The notes: generated from the letters alone by a model not told the origin. A DNA stretch of 64,000 nt from Naegleria gruberi (GCA_000004985.1 GG738866.1), one strand, 5' to 3'. Shown: positions 46,221 to 58,422, counted from the stretch's first letter. Numbers and translations are program-made.

Positions 46221-46457
46221 GATGGATTTATAATCAAATATATTAATACAGAGCTAAAGAAGGATAAGGACATTGCATTTGAAGCTGTCAGTCAAAATGT
46301 CAATGTTTTTCAACATATTGACAAGTCATTAAAGGATGACAAGGAATTTGTGTTGAAATTGGCAAAGAAAAATTCAAAGATTATTCAATTTTTGTCCAAA
46401 GTACTAAGGAAAGATCGTGAATTCATGTCTCAAATCAATAAACTAAACCTCGATTAA
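46221..46457 (+). other. In-frame continuation of the DUF4116 repeat array beyond the internal TAA (readthrough / pseudogenised 3' part).
   Basis: Same frame as 45219..46220. Encodes ...YINTELKKDKDIAFEAVSQNVNVFQHIDKSLKDDKEFVLKLAKKNSKIIQFLSKVLRKDREFMSQINKLNLD. Confidence 0.5.
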
Positions 46458-46485
46458 GAAATTAACATGTTTCCAAACTTTCATT

Positions 46486-47139
46486 TTATTTACAACCAAC
46501 TTGTTTAGTCAAAATAAATCTTGAACTATCAATTCCTTGTTTCCTAAAAGCAACCATAATATTACTCAAAGTTTGTTGTGGTAATTGACGTTGTCTTCCC
46601 AAAATCCATGAAATTTCATAATGATAAACACCCAAAACACTGAAACAACTGAAAACCATTGCATAATTATTGTAATCTGTGTCAATAACCCAATATGGAG
46701 CATAGAATGGGTTTCCACCAACTGAAACAAGTAATTTTGCTGGTTCTTTATCATCTGGACAATATCCAACACCAGTAACAGTTGTCAAATTTCCATCATA
46801 TATTTCAGAATTGGAAACTAATACTTGTGAAGGTTCCTTTGGATTAATGGTATAGTTTGCTTGAATACAGACACCACCACGTTCCATGATATTATCAAAA
46901 CGAGCAATTTCATACCAAAGTCCCATGTATTTAGCTAAATTGAATTCTTGCATGGTTGAAACTTTTTGACATTTTCCCCAATCAGCAGAGACGAATGTTG
47001 TGTAAAGAAGTGAAATGACAATGACAGCAATGAGGAGGGTTTGTTTGAACATTTTTTGAGTTTTTGATGGTGTTGTTTCTTTCTGGTTTTGTGGTTGTTT
47101 TATTGGTTGGATAAAGGATTCTCTCTTGTTCAAGTCCAC
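46486..47139 (-). CDS. Lipocalin (bacterial Blc / apolipoprotein D-like) with a signal peptide. The likely start is the internal Met at 47052.
   Basis: FNLAKYMGLWYEIARFDNIMERGG.C..ANYT...VLVSN..........G..Y.PDDKEPAKLLVSVGGNPFYAPYWVIDTDYNNYAMVFSC matches lipocalin SCR1-3 (G.WYEIA, TDY..YA.VYSC). Signal peptide MFKQTLLIAVIVISLLYTTFVSA. Confidence 0.75.
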   Translation of the reverse strand: MDLNKRESFIQPIKQPQNQKETTPSKTQKMFKQTLLIAVIVISLLYTTFVSADWGKCQKVSTMQEFNLAKYMGLWYEIARFDNIMERGGVCIQANYTINPKEPSQVLVSNSEIYDGNLTTVTGVGYCPDDKEPAKLLVSVGGNPFYAPYWVIDTDYNNYAMVFSCFSVLGVYHYEISWILGRQRQLPQQTLSNIMVAFRKQGIDSSRFILTKQVGCK

Positions 47140-47344
47140 TTTATTCGAAACTTTCTGAGCTTGAAGTGGAGGTCACTATCTCAGCTGGTTGAGATTTAAA
47201 GTTGATCATACACTAATCAAACTTCCCGTACTGGAACTAGTATTGATTACAATCATTAGCTGTAGTTCCAAATTTTACAAATTTCATTAAAATATTTTTA
47301 CAAATTTAGAAATTTTACATTTTTACATTTTTTAACTTTTTTAT

Positions 47345-48184
47345 TTAACGTTCAACAAATTTGTAATAAGTTTGATTTGGATTACGAATTTTAAACATTT
47401 TCTCTTCATACTCATTATTGCAGAGAACGATTTTGTGTTTTTTCTTATTTACATTTTTTTTGGTTTTTTGTGTTTTTTGAATTTTTACAGAATTGGAAGG
47501 CAAAGTGTTGAAATTATTTGAGGAGGAGGAAGAGGAATATGAGCTGGTGGATGATTCACAATTTACAATATTATTACAATTCGAATAGGCAAATTGACTG
47601 TTAACATTCGAATAGTTTTCAGGAAACGAGTTTTGGAAATAAGCAGAGTTGTGGAAAGTGTTGTTAGCAAAGGTAGCAATTGGTGGTTGGAAGTAATTAG
47701 TTTGAAAGTTGGTCAATTCGAATTGATTAAATATGGAAGGATTCTGGCAGGTGTGAAAAATTACTTGTTGTGGTTGATAAAATTGGTGTTGCATTGAAGG
47801 TGCAGGTTGTGGAGGTGCTTGCATATTGGTACAGAGTTGGTTATTAGAAACTGAACATTGCAGACCTTTAAACAAACTTTCGAATAAAGGGAAAAATTGA
47901 GAAACCAAGTTAAACTGCACAATAGTGGATGACATATCATTCAATGCACAAGAATCGTTCGAAGAGTTACAAGTCTCGGTGCTGATGATTTCAGCCGGCT
48001 GTGTTTCTTGATTTGGAGAAATGTGTTCATCACCATGTTGTGTCATGGTTTCTGATAAATTAGACGAATTATAATTCACAATTTCTGAAAACGAAAGGAA
48101 GGAATTACTAGTCTTTAAACCAGCAGCATTACTTTCATCACAATTATCAATAAATTGTTCAAGGAAGGTGTCAAGTGATTGCAT
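47345..48184 (-). CDS. Hypothetical Gln/Asn/Ser-rich protein (279 aa) with a basic C-terminus.
   Basis: Single ORF, low-complexity Q/N/S runs, C-terminal KKNVNKKKHK. No domain recognised. Confidence 0.35.
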   Translation of the reverse strand: MQSLDTFLEQFIDNCDESNAAGLKTSNSFLSFSEIVNYNSSNLSETMTQHGDEHISPNQETQPAEIISTETCNSSNDSCALNDMSSTIVQFNLVSQFFPLFESLFKGLQCSVSNNQLCTNMQAPPQPAPSMQHQFYQPQQVIFHTCQNPSIFNQFELTNFQTNYFQPPIATFANNTFHNSAYFQNSFPENYSNVNSQFAYSNCNNIVNCESSTSSYSSSSSSNNFNTLPSNSVKIQKTQKTKKNVNKKKHKIVLCNNEYEEKMFKIRNPNQTYYKFVER

Positions 48185-49046
48185 TCTTTTTTTAAACCTT
48201 TCTGGTCAACTTGAGAAGTGCCATAAAATTTAAGGCAAATTAAATTTGTTCTAATTTGTAATTTTGTGTTAATGTGCGAACTATTCTATTCGATTATTCT
48301 TTCGAATGGATCAAGAATGGTAATATTATTGAATGCCTCCAGTTATGGTCATTGAATTGATTGAAAGTGCCATGGAAAGTTTTGAATGTGTGCAGATCCA
48401 AAGTCCATTGTCGGGAAGGACGGCATGAGGAGAAAAGCACAGAATCATAATAACATGCATATGGATCTTCCTGTGTGTGTAATAATATTCAAATTAATTC
48501 GTTGGACAAGTAGCATAAATTATGCTTGTTGCCCAGTTGACATATTTGGCTTTTTTTAAAACCCAATGTGTCGCCAAATTTTCTAATATGGTCATATTTT
48601 GTGCTGGTCAAAGTCCAGAATAAGTGAGATCTGTATTGTGAGAAACAAACTGTGATCTTTTCTGGTATGTTAAATTAACAATGGCGAGATGCAAGGAATG
48701 CAATTAATACGAATCCTTTAGGATTCGATTGGATTCAATGAGAAACAGTTTTGAGAATTATTTGTAAATGAGTATACACTAACATGAAAGAATCAACCAA
48801 GAACTCATGATAAGTTCTTTAGATTAGAAAAGAATTGATAGCTACTTTGATTAGAATCAATTCAAGATGCAATGTTTATTACATTTACTTTGGAACTCTT
48901 GAAAGGTCTGCTGGACCGGCATAACTAAACGAGAGCAATGATAATAATTTGATAATATTAAAAAGGGCAGTGTCGATTAAATAAAATAATTTGAACAGAA
49001 AAATAATTCATGTTATCAGAATTATTGAGTAAAATTTAAAAAACTT

Positions 49047-50298
49047 ACACATCATCTTCAATGCCACATTCGTTGTGTCCTCTCAAAATTTTGAAAGTTC
49101 CTGTTTAATAATTAAAATAAAAATAAATTTTAAAAATTATTTAAAATTAAAAAAATTAAAAATATTAAATTAAAAATGTCATGAAGAAATACTTACCGTC
49201 AATACCCCAATCAGTTGACCAAGAGTTGGCAACCAACCAGTAATCAACACCACCTTCAACACCCCAACCAATAATCTTGATGGCGTGACCACCCAAGAAA
49301 GAACCAGTCTTGTGTGAGTAAACTCCAGACTTGTAGTTCATGAAATCTCTGTAATTATAATTATTTTAGACTCGAGTCAATTAGTCTTTAAAACTTACTG
49401 GTAAACACTGAAACCACCTTGGACTGGACCGTTAGTGTAAATTTCTTGTTGGATATCAGCAACTCTTTCCCAGAACATCCATGGAGAAATGTGAGAGAAT
49501 GACTTGGCATAGTAAAGTTGGGAGGAAATTGGAATGTTAGTACCATTACAGCTAAAAATCATGTTAAAAAGAGCTAATTAAAATGAAATGACTTACTTTG
49601 ATGGACAAGCTGGGACGTTACCACCACCAGAGACGTATGGCATACATGAGTCTGGGACGATACCCTTGTTCTTCATCCACCACCAAGCATTATCCAAATT
49701 ACCACCATCACATCCCATATCATTGTAGTCGCAAGAGACCATATCTTGAGGGGACAAAATGACGTCAACCTTTCCGTTAGAAGCAATACAGAATCTATCA
49801 GAGAGAGATTCAGAAGCAGAGACTATTGATCATGATATTTCACAAAATTTCACAAAATTACAACTTACAAGCCCAACAAGAACCACATTGTTCTTGATTT
49901 CTAATTGGGTGAATACACTTGCCCCATTGTTGTCTAGAATCAAAGTTAGTTGGGAGACCAAGAGTCTTGAATTGCTTGGAAGCTTCTTCAACACCAACAG
50001 ACTTGACAGCGGAAGCCTTAGCTTCATTGTAGTGCTTGATAGTAGTCATTTGTTCTTCAGAGTATCTAACTTGACCTTCCTTCTTGGCAAAACCCAACAA
50101 TCTCTTCATTTCAGCAACGGTCTTACCAGCCAAATTTCTATTGACACCAGCCTTCCAAGTAGAAGATGGATCACTATTAATTTCGTTAATCATCTTAAAG
50201 TTAATAGCCATGGTTTCATGGTCTTCAGCAGTGATTGGAGCGCAATAAACTGCGGCAGCCAAACACAACAAGAGTGTAGCGATAAACAAGCTCTTCAT
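49047..50298 (-). CDS. Cathepsin B-like cysteine protease, six exons (first 49869..50298, last 49047..49100), with introns of 46-95 nt.
   Basis: Signal peptide plus propeptide. Spliced product ...[21 protein letters not shown]...[17 protein letters not shown] (occluding-loop region) ...[84 protein letters not shown], collinear with human cathepsin B. All introns are GTAAGT..AG with consistent phases. Confidence 0.9.
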
Positions 50299-50708
50299 TT
50301 TTTTTTTAAATTTTATTATTTTTTGAGCGCGGGATGAGGTTTTTATTAGGAACTGGAGGTTGAAAACTCCAACTTGACTCCGTCCTTCAACTAGTAGTTC
50401 ATTTCATTGATTAGTGGAGATGAAAATCAATCCTAGGAGTTGTTATTTCACATAATTCTACCCTTAGTTAAACTCAATTTTGACCCTATCCATATCTTTC
50501 ACTCTTCAGGAATAACATTATTTGTGGGAGTTTAAGTTGTGAGTTCATTGAGGGAGCTCTTCTTTACACAAAGAAATATTCGAAACATTTGTTTCCTCAA
50601 TTTATCAGGAATTCCACATACTGACTTGTATCTTCAAGGCGTTTCCACAGTTCGTTTCTTTTTGGCAATGAGTACATTAACCTTCAATTAACAGACAACT
50701 CAGGAGTA

Positions 50709-52807
50709 CTACCGGTATTTCTTTTTAAAAACAAATTTAATGTACTTGTGGGTAGAAAAGATAGTGGAAAGAGTACCATTTTCGACACATCGTTCTGTCA
50801 GTTCAAAGATATTACCACTTGATGGATGTATGTATTGATATGAATGAGGTTTTTTCATTACCTCAATTGGAATAAGTGCTGTCAATATCTTCATCAATGC
50901 TGAATAGTCGATCAGAGTACTTCTGTCAACTATTTCCAAATAGCATTTATCATGGAAGCATAATTCAATATCCACTCTATCTAAAACAGTTATCTCATCC
51001 ATGCAGGAGTCGATGGCACATCTGTCTTGCTCTCATTCCAAGATCTATTGCAAGTCCCTATTTTTGCAATAAAGGAATTTTGAATATTGCTCCTCACCTC
51101 TTCATTTGGACATCTAAGAAAGAAAGGATTTTTCAAGGTATATGTTATTTGAGAGCAACTTTCCCTCACATTACTGGTTTGAGAAGTTTTAGATCCAGTT
51201 AGATACCCAGAATAAAACATTAATTTCCAGAATAGTTCGTGTTTTCTCTTAATTTGTCCACAAGTAAATATTGTAACATCCACATCCAAACTCATGTCAA
51301 TTTCTATTTCTCCTCCGTTCTTCAAGGTTTCTAAATCATCAATCATTTCAATATCATCTGAAGATTCAATGTTTAATATCTGAACTAGCTCTCCAGTTGT
51401 ACCTGTTGAAATCCAATAATCAGAAATCTTTCCTAAAGCAAAATATGAGCATAATGACCACATGTTGAACACTAACTTGGAATTGCCATCAACATTGTAA
51501 CCGTTGTACCAATGATTGAGCTCTTTGAACTCAGTATCCAATCCTGGATAATCTTTACCTCTGATTCTTTTTAATGCTGAAGACAGTTCTGGTTGGGTAA
51601 TTCCAAACTCTGTCGTAAAAATCTCATCACTTTGTGTTGAATAATAACACAAGTTATTGAGTCCCGAAAGGTATCCCATATCTGTAAGTAGTACAATACC
51701 CATGAACAAGCTAAACTCAATAGACTCATTCCTTTTTAAAAAGGAAAATATATTTGCAAATATTTCAAAAATCTCTTTTCTAAAGCTCATATAAACACTT
51801 CCCATAAGAGGTGAGTCATATTCATCTATCAGTAAAACGACCTTAGATTGGTGATGCTTGTGTAGACATTCTATCAGGTGTTCCAAAGCGAATGTATCTG
51901 TTTGTTTTTGATATTCTAATAATTTCTGCTTGTCAGAATCTGTTAAGGTTTCACTATTCAATAAATAGCCAAACTCGTTGACTAGTTTAGTCAACAAATG
52001 GAGAATATTGCATCTAGTTTCTTCCAAGGAGTTAGATACTACACCATTAAATGAAATAAGGACTACAGGATATTTGTTCATGTGCAGTTTGCACAAGTCT
52101 TCCCTTTGCATAATCTTTAAATCTTTAAACAATTTCTCTGAAGTGGCAGTTTGGTTTATATCAAGGAAATATGATAACATGTTCAAATTGAATGATTTTC
52201 CAAACCTTCTTGGCCTCAATATTAGTGAGTGTTGTGACTTTCTCTTTTCTAATACATGCTCAATGAACAGTGACTTATCAAAAAGAAGCATTTCTTTGTC
52301 ACATGTATTGGAGAATGTAATTCCAGGATAACAACTAACAAGGGCAGAAAATGCAACAATTGAAATCTCATCACCCCATAGTAGTTCTTGTATAAGCAAT
52401 TCTTGCAATGAATCATCTCCCCTAATCGGCTTATTTTCATAACAATAACTCCATTGTTGGGATCTCTTATTCTGTTGGTATGCTACTTGTTCAAACAATG
52501 CAAAAGCAGCACCGAGTGGTCTTTTGGAACTCATCTTTGTAGTTATGGAAGTAGTTTTGTTGTTTGTTATTATTTTCACAATCACCACATCATCACAAGC
52601 AGTGGCGCTAACAATTATTTGTGTTTCACCAAAACTGTGCCAAGTGTCTTCATAATTCAACAAATGGCCACAAGTAAATTCGAAACCTGAGTATTCATCT
52701 AGAAGAGATCCGATCAAGCTATCTTCAGACATAGCCTTAACTGTGCTTTCTTGTTTGTCGAACAAAATGTGTACACGAACAGAGAGAGACATTTTTTTGT
52801 TGTACAA
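50709..52807 (-). CDS. Predicted AAA-ATPase_like (PF09820-type) plus PD-(D/E)XK nuclease-like C-terminus (DUF1703 family, common in Bacteroidetes). There is a frame break at 50990..51002.
   Basis: LILRPRRFGKSFNLNMLSYFL, YNGYNV...LVFNMWSLCSYFALGKISDYWISTGTTGEL (family motif yNPwSvlnyl...yWvnTG) and SGYLTGS...LRCPNEEVR (start of the PDDEXK module). The C-terminal remainder (ORF 50709..51002, LDRVDIELCF...) is in another frame. The only GT..AG candidate, a 68-nt GTGAGG..GAGAG intron, would delete the conserved EVR. Confidence 0.55.
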
Positions 52808-53053
52808 TCATGAAAGGAATTCGAATATGTGTAAGTATCAACACATTGACCTCTTCCAGAACATGCTAGTAATGTATTCATAATTGTTCAAATATGTTTC
52901 AATTTCATTAATGATACTAAGGTGAGTTATCAATATCTTAATAATCAAGTAACACTTCTGTTGATAATTGGATTCTATTCGGGAGGATGGAGTTAGAAAT
53001 ATGCAATGACAATAAAATATTTTATTGTATTGAATGAAAAGCAACAAATCTAA

Positions 53054-54013
53054 TTATTCCTCATTTTCTTCTTCCTCTTCATTCTCGTCATTCTCTTCAT
53101 CACTGTCATTTGTTATTTTCACTTGTTTCAATAATGCAACAATATTATCGAATTTCTTACTCTCTGCAATTGTTATTGGTTTTTCATTATTGACTTTAGT
53201 ATAACCATATCCATCCCAATAACCTGAGTAGGTGTGCTTTCCCTTATTTACCTTAATTTTTGAATTTTCCAATAATAATTTGACAATTTCCTCATGTCCA
53301 TTCATACAAGCTCCATATAGTGGTGTAATATATCCCAAATTAATTTCAATTTCTTGTTTTGATAGCAATAATTTCACAATATCAACAAATCCATTCAAAC
53401 ATGCAATAAAGAGTGGTGTTACTCCACTGAAACAACTCTCAAACTCTGCATGATCTTCGCCAACCGATTCTTCAAGTCTTCCCTTTGAAATATCAAACTT
53501 TTTACTCTCTGAAAGCAATAGTTCAACAATTTCCAAATCACCCTTTTCACATGCTACAAACAATGGTGTAGTTGTTCCCAAATCAATTTTCACACCCTTT
53601 GAAAGAAGCAATTTCACCATCTCTCCATTGCCCAATTCACATGCCATACACAATGTTGTTCTCTTATCAATCAATCTATTAGTGGAGTAATCTATTTCAT
53701 ACTCTTCTTCATCATCAATACTCTTTTCATTCTCATCTGCAACAAACAACCAATCGAGAAGATATAAATCAGCAGCATCAACCAAAACATTCATCATTTC
53801 AGGATTCTTTTCTGATGCAACAATCTTGCCAAACTTGTCTTGGTTTTCAATGATCCATTCTTTGAATACTCCCTTATCTGCTTTCAACAAATCGGAAGCA
53901 TTGCTATGTGCAATCAAGTAGTCAAAATCTACATCTTCTTCTTGATTGGATGGTTTAGTTTTCTTCCTTGGTGGTGAAAGATTTTCGTCCTTGCTGTGAT
54001 CAGATGAAGACAT
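53054..54013 (-). CDS. Ankyrin-repeat protein with an acidic C-terminal tail.
   Basis: At least four ankyrin repeats (TTLCMACELGNGEMVKLLLSKG, TTPLFVACEKGDLEIVELLLS, VTPLFIACLNGFVDIVKLLLSK, ITPLYGACMNGHEEIVKLLLEN). C-terminus DSDEENDENEEEEENEE. Confidence 0.7.
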   Translation of the reverse strand: MSSSDHSKDENLSPPRKKTKPSNQEEDVDFDYLIAHSNASDLLKADKGVFKEWIIENQDKFGKIVASEKNPEMMNVLVDAADLYLLDWLFVADENEKSIDDEEEYEIDYSTNRLIDKRTTLCMACELGNGEMVKLLLSKGVKIDLGTTTPLFVACEKGDLEIVELLLSESKKFDISKGRLEESVGEDHAEFESCFSGVTPLFIACLNGFVDIVKLLLSKQEIEINLGYITPLYGACMNGHEEIVKLLLENSKIKVNKGKHTYSGYWDGYGYTKVNNEKPITIAESKKFDNIVALLKQVKITNDSDEENDENEEEEENEE

Positions 54014-54339
54014 TTTTATTTTAATAAGTTTTTATAAACACAATCCCCTATTCAATAAAATCATTTTTTACTCAATTGACTTCGATCACCAACTCGAAGT
54101 GTTAAAATATCAACATCAATAATATTGTAATCATGATTATTAATTAACTACCAACCAATAGCCTTTATTTTACTCCCAAATGAAGTTTCAAAAGGGAAAA
54201 TTTCTTCAATGCAACATCATGAAAACCAATGGTTCCTTGTGTGAATGAAAAAAACTAGAGAACCTTCAACGGAGGATAAAGAGAGCGGTCTTTGCTTCTC
54301 TTGGTGATTTTTGCTTTTTGAAAAATTTGATTAAAAAAA

Positions 54340-56008
54340 TTGCAAAAGAATCTCTTCATTAAGATGCCATCATCATCAGAGCAGAATAATAACCAACAAG
54401 AATTGGTTGACAATGATCAACAAGAACAAGAACAACACACAGAAAATTCGGAACAAGCTGCTGCTGTTTCTACCAATTCGTCATCGGCAGTGATATCATC
54501 ACCTAATAGCAATGTCGGAAAGACACTTCCTCCTGTGTATGATGACGTTAATGCCAAGCCTAGTGAGTTGCAAAATTTAATTGGATACAAATCGAATGGT
54601 GTTGATGATTCTCTATTGAGAAAATATATTTTAAATCCATATATTTACGAGACTAGTATCAAATTATTTCCAAAGTGGATTGCTCCAAATATGATAACGT
54701 TGACTGGGTTTTCTTTTATTTGCATCAGTTTGATTTTCTCTTATATTTATGCTTGGGGAGGTTTTTCAATGTACTATTGTCAACATGTACATTTTCTTGC
54801 AGAAGTTGGTGGAATGAAATCAGTAATTCCAAATGCTACTTATCATTCAATCACTGATTTTTGTGTTTCCGAACAAACACAATTCTTTTTAGAGAGAAAT
54901 CAAACCTCTCCATTTAATGAATCTTTGAACAGTACAAGCAACTTTTCTCAAAACTTTGTCACAGATACTTTCCTGATGGGTTATCTCCCTCGTTGGGTGT
55001 TTTTCATTAATGCATTGTGCATCTTTTTATATCAAACCTTTGATAATTTGGACGGAAAGCAAGCTAGAAATATGAAACAAAGCTCTCCTCTTGGAGAAAT
55101 GTTTGATCACGGTGTTGATGCCTTAACTTGTACATTGGGTGGTATGGCTTTTTTAGCTACTGCAGCAGCTGGAAATTATGGAGTATGGCAATTATCAGGT
55201 ATGTAATATTCGAGAATTGTGGATTTTAAAACTCAATTTAGACACATTCAGTATCGATGTTAAATGGTTTTATTTCTTACTACTTGTAGTTTCCGGAGAT
55301 TTGCCTTTCATTACTGCTACATGGGAAGAATTTCATATTGGATATTTGTATTTGGGTTTCGTCAATGGACCAATTGAAGGAGTATTGTCAATTGTTTTTT
55401 CACAACTTATTGGATTGTGTTTAGGAGCAGCTGTTTTCCAATGGCAACCATTAGGATTCGTATGGGAAAGTTGTCCACCTTTCCATCTTATTTGTATTGG
55501 AGGATCTGCTGCATTGGCTGTTGTTTCTGCTTTAATGAATATGAAGAAAGTTCTCATGCTCAACAAATCTATCAAACCACTCATTGAACTCTTCCCATTC
55601 ATTTGTTATATTGCATTCATGGTCTTGGCCTTCTTAATCAACACCAAAGCATTGAATACTATTCCTCTTGTTGCAATTCTTGGATATTGTTTCCAATTCG
55701 GATATTTGGCATCAAATGTTACTCTTGCTCACTTACTGAAACGAAAGATTCCAAACATTTTGGATATTAGATATATTATCATCTTCTTCCTTCAATTGTG
55801 TGGTGTTTTTGCTGGAGTTTGGGGATTGGCCTTCTACAGTTTCACAATGGCATTAATTTACTTTAATTTTGCATTGAGTGTTTGTCATTCCATTGCTGGT
55901 TTCTTAAAGATTAATGTGCTTACCATTACACCTCCAAAGGAAGATAAAAAGATTGAATCCAACACCACCAACCAAAATACCACCACTGCAGCTGCAGCTG
56001 TCCAATAA
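54340..56008 (+). CDS. Choline/ethanolamine phosphotransferase (CDP-alcohol phosphatidyltransferase class I). Two exons (54340..55198, 55290..56008) with a 91-nt intron.
   Basis: CDP-alcohol phosphotransferase motif [28 protein letters not shown] (D-G-x2-A-R-x8-G-x3-D-x3-D) and [12 protein letters not shown] as in CEPT1/EPT1. The GTATGT..TTGTAG intron is phase 1. A ~65-aa sequon-rich loop insertion lies between TM1 and TM2. Confidence 0.8.
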
Positions 56009-56345
56009 AGGCTTGCATCTATTTCCTAAAAAGCTCAGTAGGAGATATCCATTTATTCTTATTCAGTTTATTCCTTGCATCCAAAGTAAGGACAAATGGT
56101 ACTGTAACAATTGTTTGGATGTTGTGGCCTCCCTTTTCTTCCAAACCACTGACCTGAACCAACAATTATTCAAAAAAACAAATCATTGCTTTCTCTTAGA
56201 GACAATTTACCCATCCAGTTCCGATAAGAAAAAAGGCTTGTTTTTTCCGACCTAATATTCCAAGGCTTTCCGTTTGAATAGTCTTCCGAGTAGTAACAAA
56301 TAACATCAAACAAACCTTGTCAGGACAACAACAACATTCAACATT

Positions 56346-58422
56346 ATGGTTAATAAGACCAAACATTTATCGAATAGTATTCTTCCCAATAATAATAACA
56401 ACAATAACCATGGAAATAATCATGGAAGTGGTCAAGAAGAACCACCATCACTACATCCCATCTCATGTAATCGGTGCCGATCTAGACACACCAAATGTGA
56501 TAAACTACTTCCAACATGTTCATATTGCATGGAGAATAACCTTCCATGCATTTACGAAACTCCCAAAAAGTTGAGGAAAAACTACATGGCAGAATTTGTT
56601 GATTTGAATCAGAATGTAGTTTCTTCTGCATTGACTCACTTGCAAAATCCCCAATCGAAATATAAGGTCTACAAATTCAGTGTAGGAGAAAAGAAAAAGA
56701 AGAAGAGGAGAGAAAGACCAAGTAGAAATGAACATCTTCAACAACATGTTGTTGCATCTTCAAATTCCACTTTGGAAAATATGGATAGTAATAGTCCTGC
56801 TAGGATCAAATGCACAATCTATTAATTTGCATGCCACTCAACAAGAATTTGAACGATCACAACAACAACAACATAAAACATATAGAGCATTCATGTACAA
56901 ATTAATGACAAATCACTTGGATGAGAAGCTATTGTTAAAAACATTCCGAACCGATGCTTACACCTACTACACACAGTATATTGCGTAAGTTTACTGTTTA
57001 TACCCATCTATTTACCTTAATAGTTTTGGAACGACATTGCTGAGTGAAAAAACAATTGAGAGAGTTTATGAATTTGTGGATGAGGACCAAATGACTCAAA
57101 TATATCCTGAGGATGTTCTCTCACTCATCTATGCAATACATGCAGTGAATTTGTTTGTTTTTGAACAACGAGATGTATCTTTTAAGAGTTTTGAGAAGTC
57201 ACTTCGATTATTGCAGTACGATCCATCAAATATTGAGAATTTAATTTTATGTTTGGATGTTGCTGCAAATGGATCAGAAGGTTCTAGCGTTTTATGTTTA
57301 TCGAGCGATGGAAGCAGTTCAGATGTCTACTTTTCTAGTAATAGAGATCACAATTCATTATTTTTAATTAGTGCAAGACTGATGCTTTCACAATATTGTT
57401 TATGTTTGGGATTTATTCCTACAGCAAGCCATTTTCTTAATGAGGCAGATATCATGCTGAAGAATAGATTTCCTACTTACAGAAATCAGAGCTACTTGCC
57501 ATCAAGCATTCTAGGAGCAATGGTGGATCCTATTGCCTCTCTTTATCAAGGACTAACACCAGACGAAATCTTTGTTTTGAAATACAGATTAGTATGTGGT
57601 GTTAAATTAGACGATATTAGATTTTTCCAAGAGAGATTGCCTCAATATATTGGATATTCAACACCTCAAACTTTTGAACCCTATACGAGAACGTCATCTG
57701 TGCTATTAGATGACCCTAAATATTTATTTTCTTCCTATGTTAACAAGTATATATTTGGTACAGCACTGTTTATTATTGGAATGGGAAAGAAGGATTTGCT
57801 GAACTTACTTCTTTCACCAAATATTGTACTGAAAGATCAGCCAAATATACCATTCATGATCATTGGAGTATTGGATTTTAATGGAAAATTATTGAAAAAA
57901 CTCACAATTGATAGATTCAAAATGACTGAATCAGAGGTAAGCTCTCTTACCATCCCAACTGAGATTACCCATAGATATGCAGACTTGGTTTTCACATTCC
58001 AGAAAATATTCACGACAAGCTATAGCTTCCTGGTATTGCATGAAGTTGTTATCAATTATTCTAGTCCTCTCACCTTGATGAACATTGGCAGAAATGATAT
58101 TGATATTGAAAATGTTAGAAAATGTTTGAATTTTAGAAATGAATTTGCTGATGAGTTGAGTGATCTGTATGCTGTTTTACCTGATTACACCATTCATTTC
58201 ATAAGTTTAGTAGTAATTACAGTATTTCAAGTTGCAAAAATTCACTATGACAAGATATTAGATAGTGGAATGAACTTTGAACGAAAATTATTAACAAGAT
58301 TGAAAAATGATTTTAGAATGTTGCATATATTAAGAAAGAAATTCCCACAATTATTTGAACATGACCATCTCATTACTTTCTACAATGCAATTGAGGATAA
58401 AATAAACCAAATATCTAATTAG
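56346..58422 (+). CDS. Zn(2)-Cys(6) binuclear-cluster (GAL4-type) transcription factor with a fungal-TF-like middle region. Probably three exons (introns ~56784..56841 and 56978..57016).
   Basis: CNRCRSRHTKCDKLLPTCSYCMENNLPC = C-x2-C-x6-C-x6-C-x2-C-x6-C, followed by the basic region KKKKRRERPSR. The second splice (GTAAGT..TAATAG, phase 2) is clean (..TQYIA|FGTTLLSEKTIERV..). The first splice is inferred from a frame change. Confidence 0.6.

Noticed and set aside
54760-54990. A ~65-aa N-glycosylation-sequon-rich insertion in the choline/ethanolamine phosphotransferase that might be an unspliced intron.
   Set aside because: Candidate GT..AG pairs do not remove it in frame without also deleting conserved flanking residues. 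It is more likely a lineage-specific lumenal loop.
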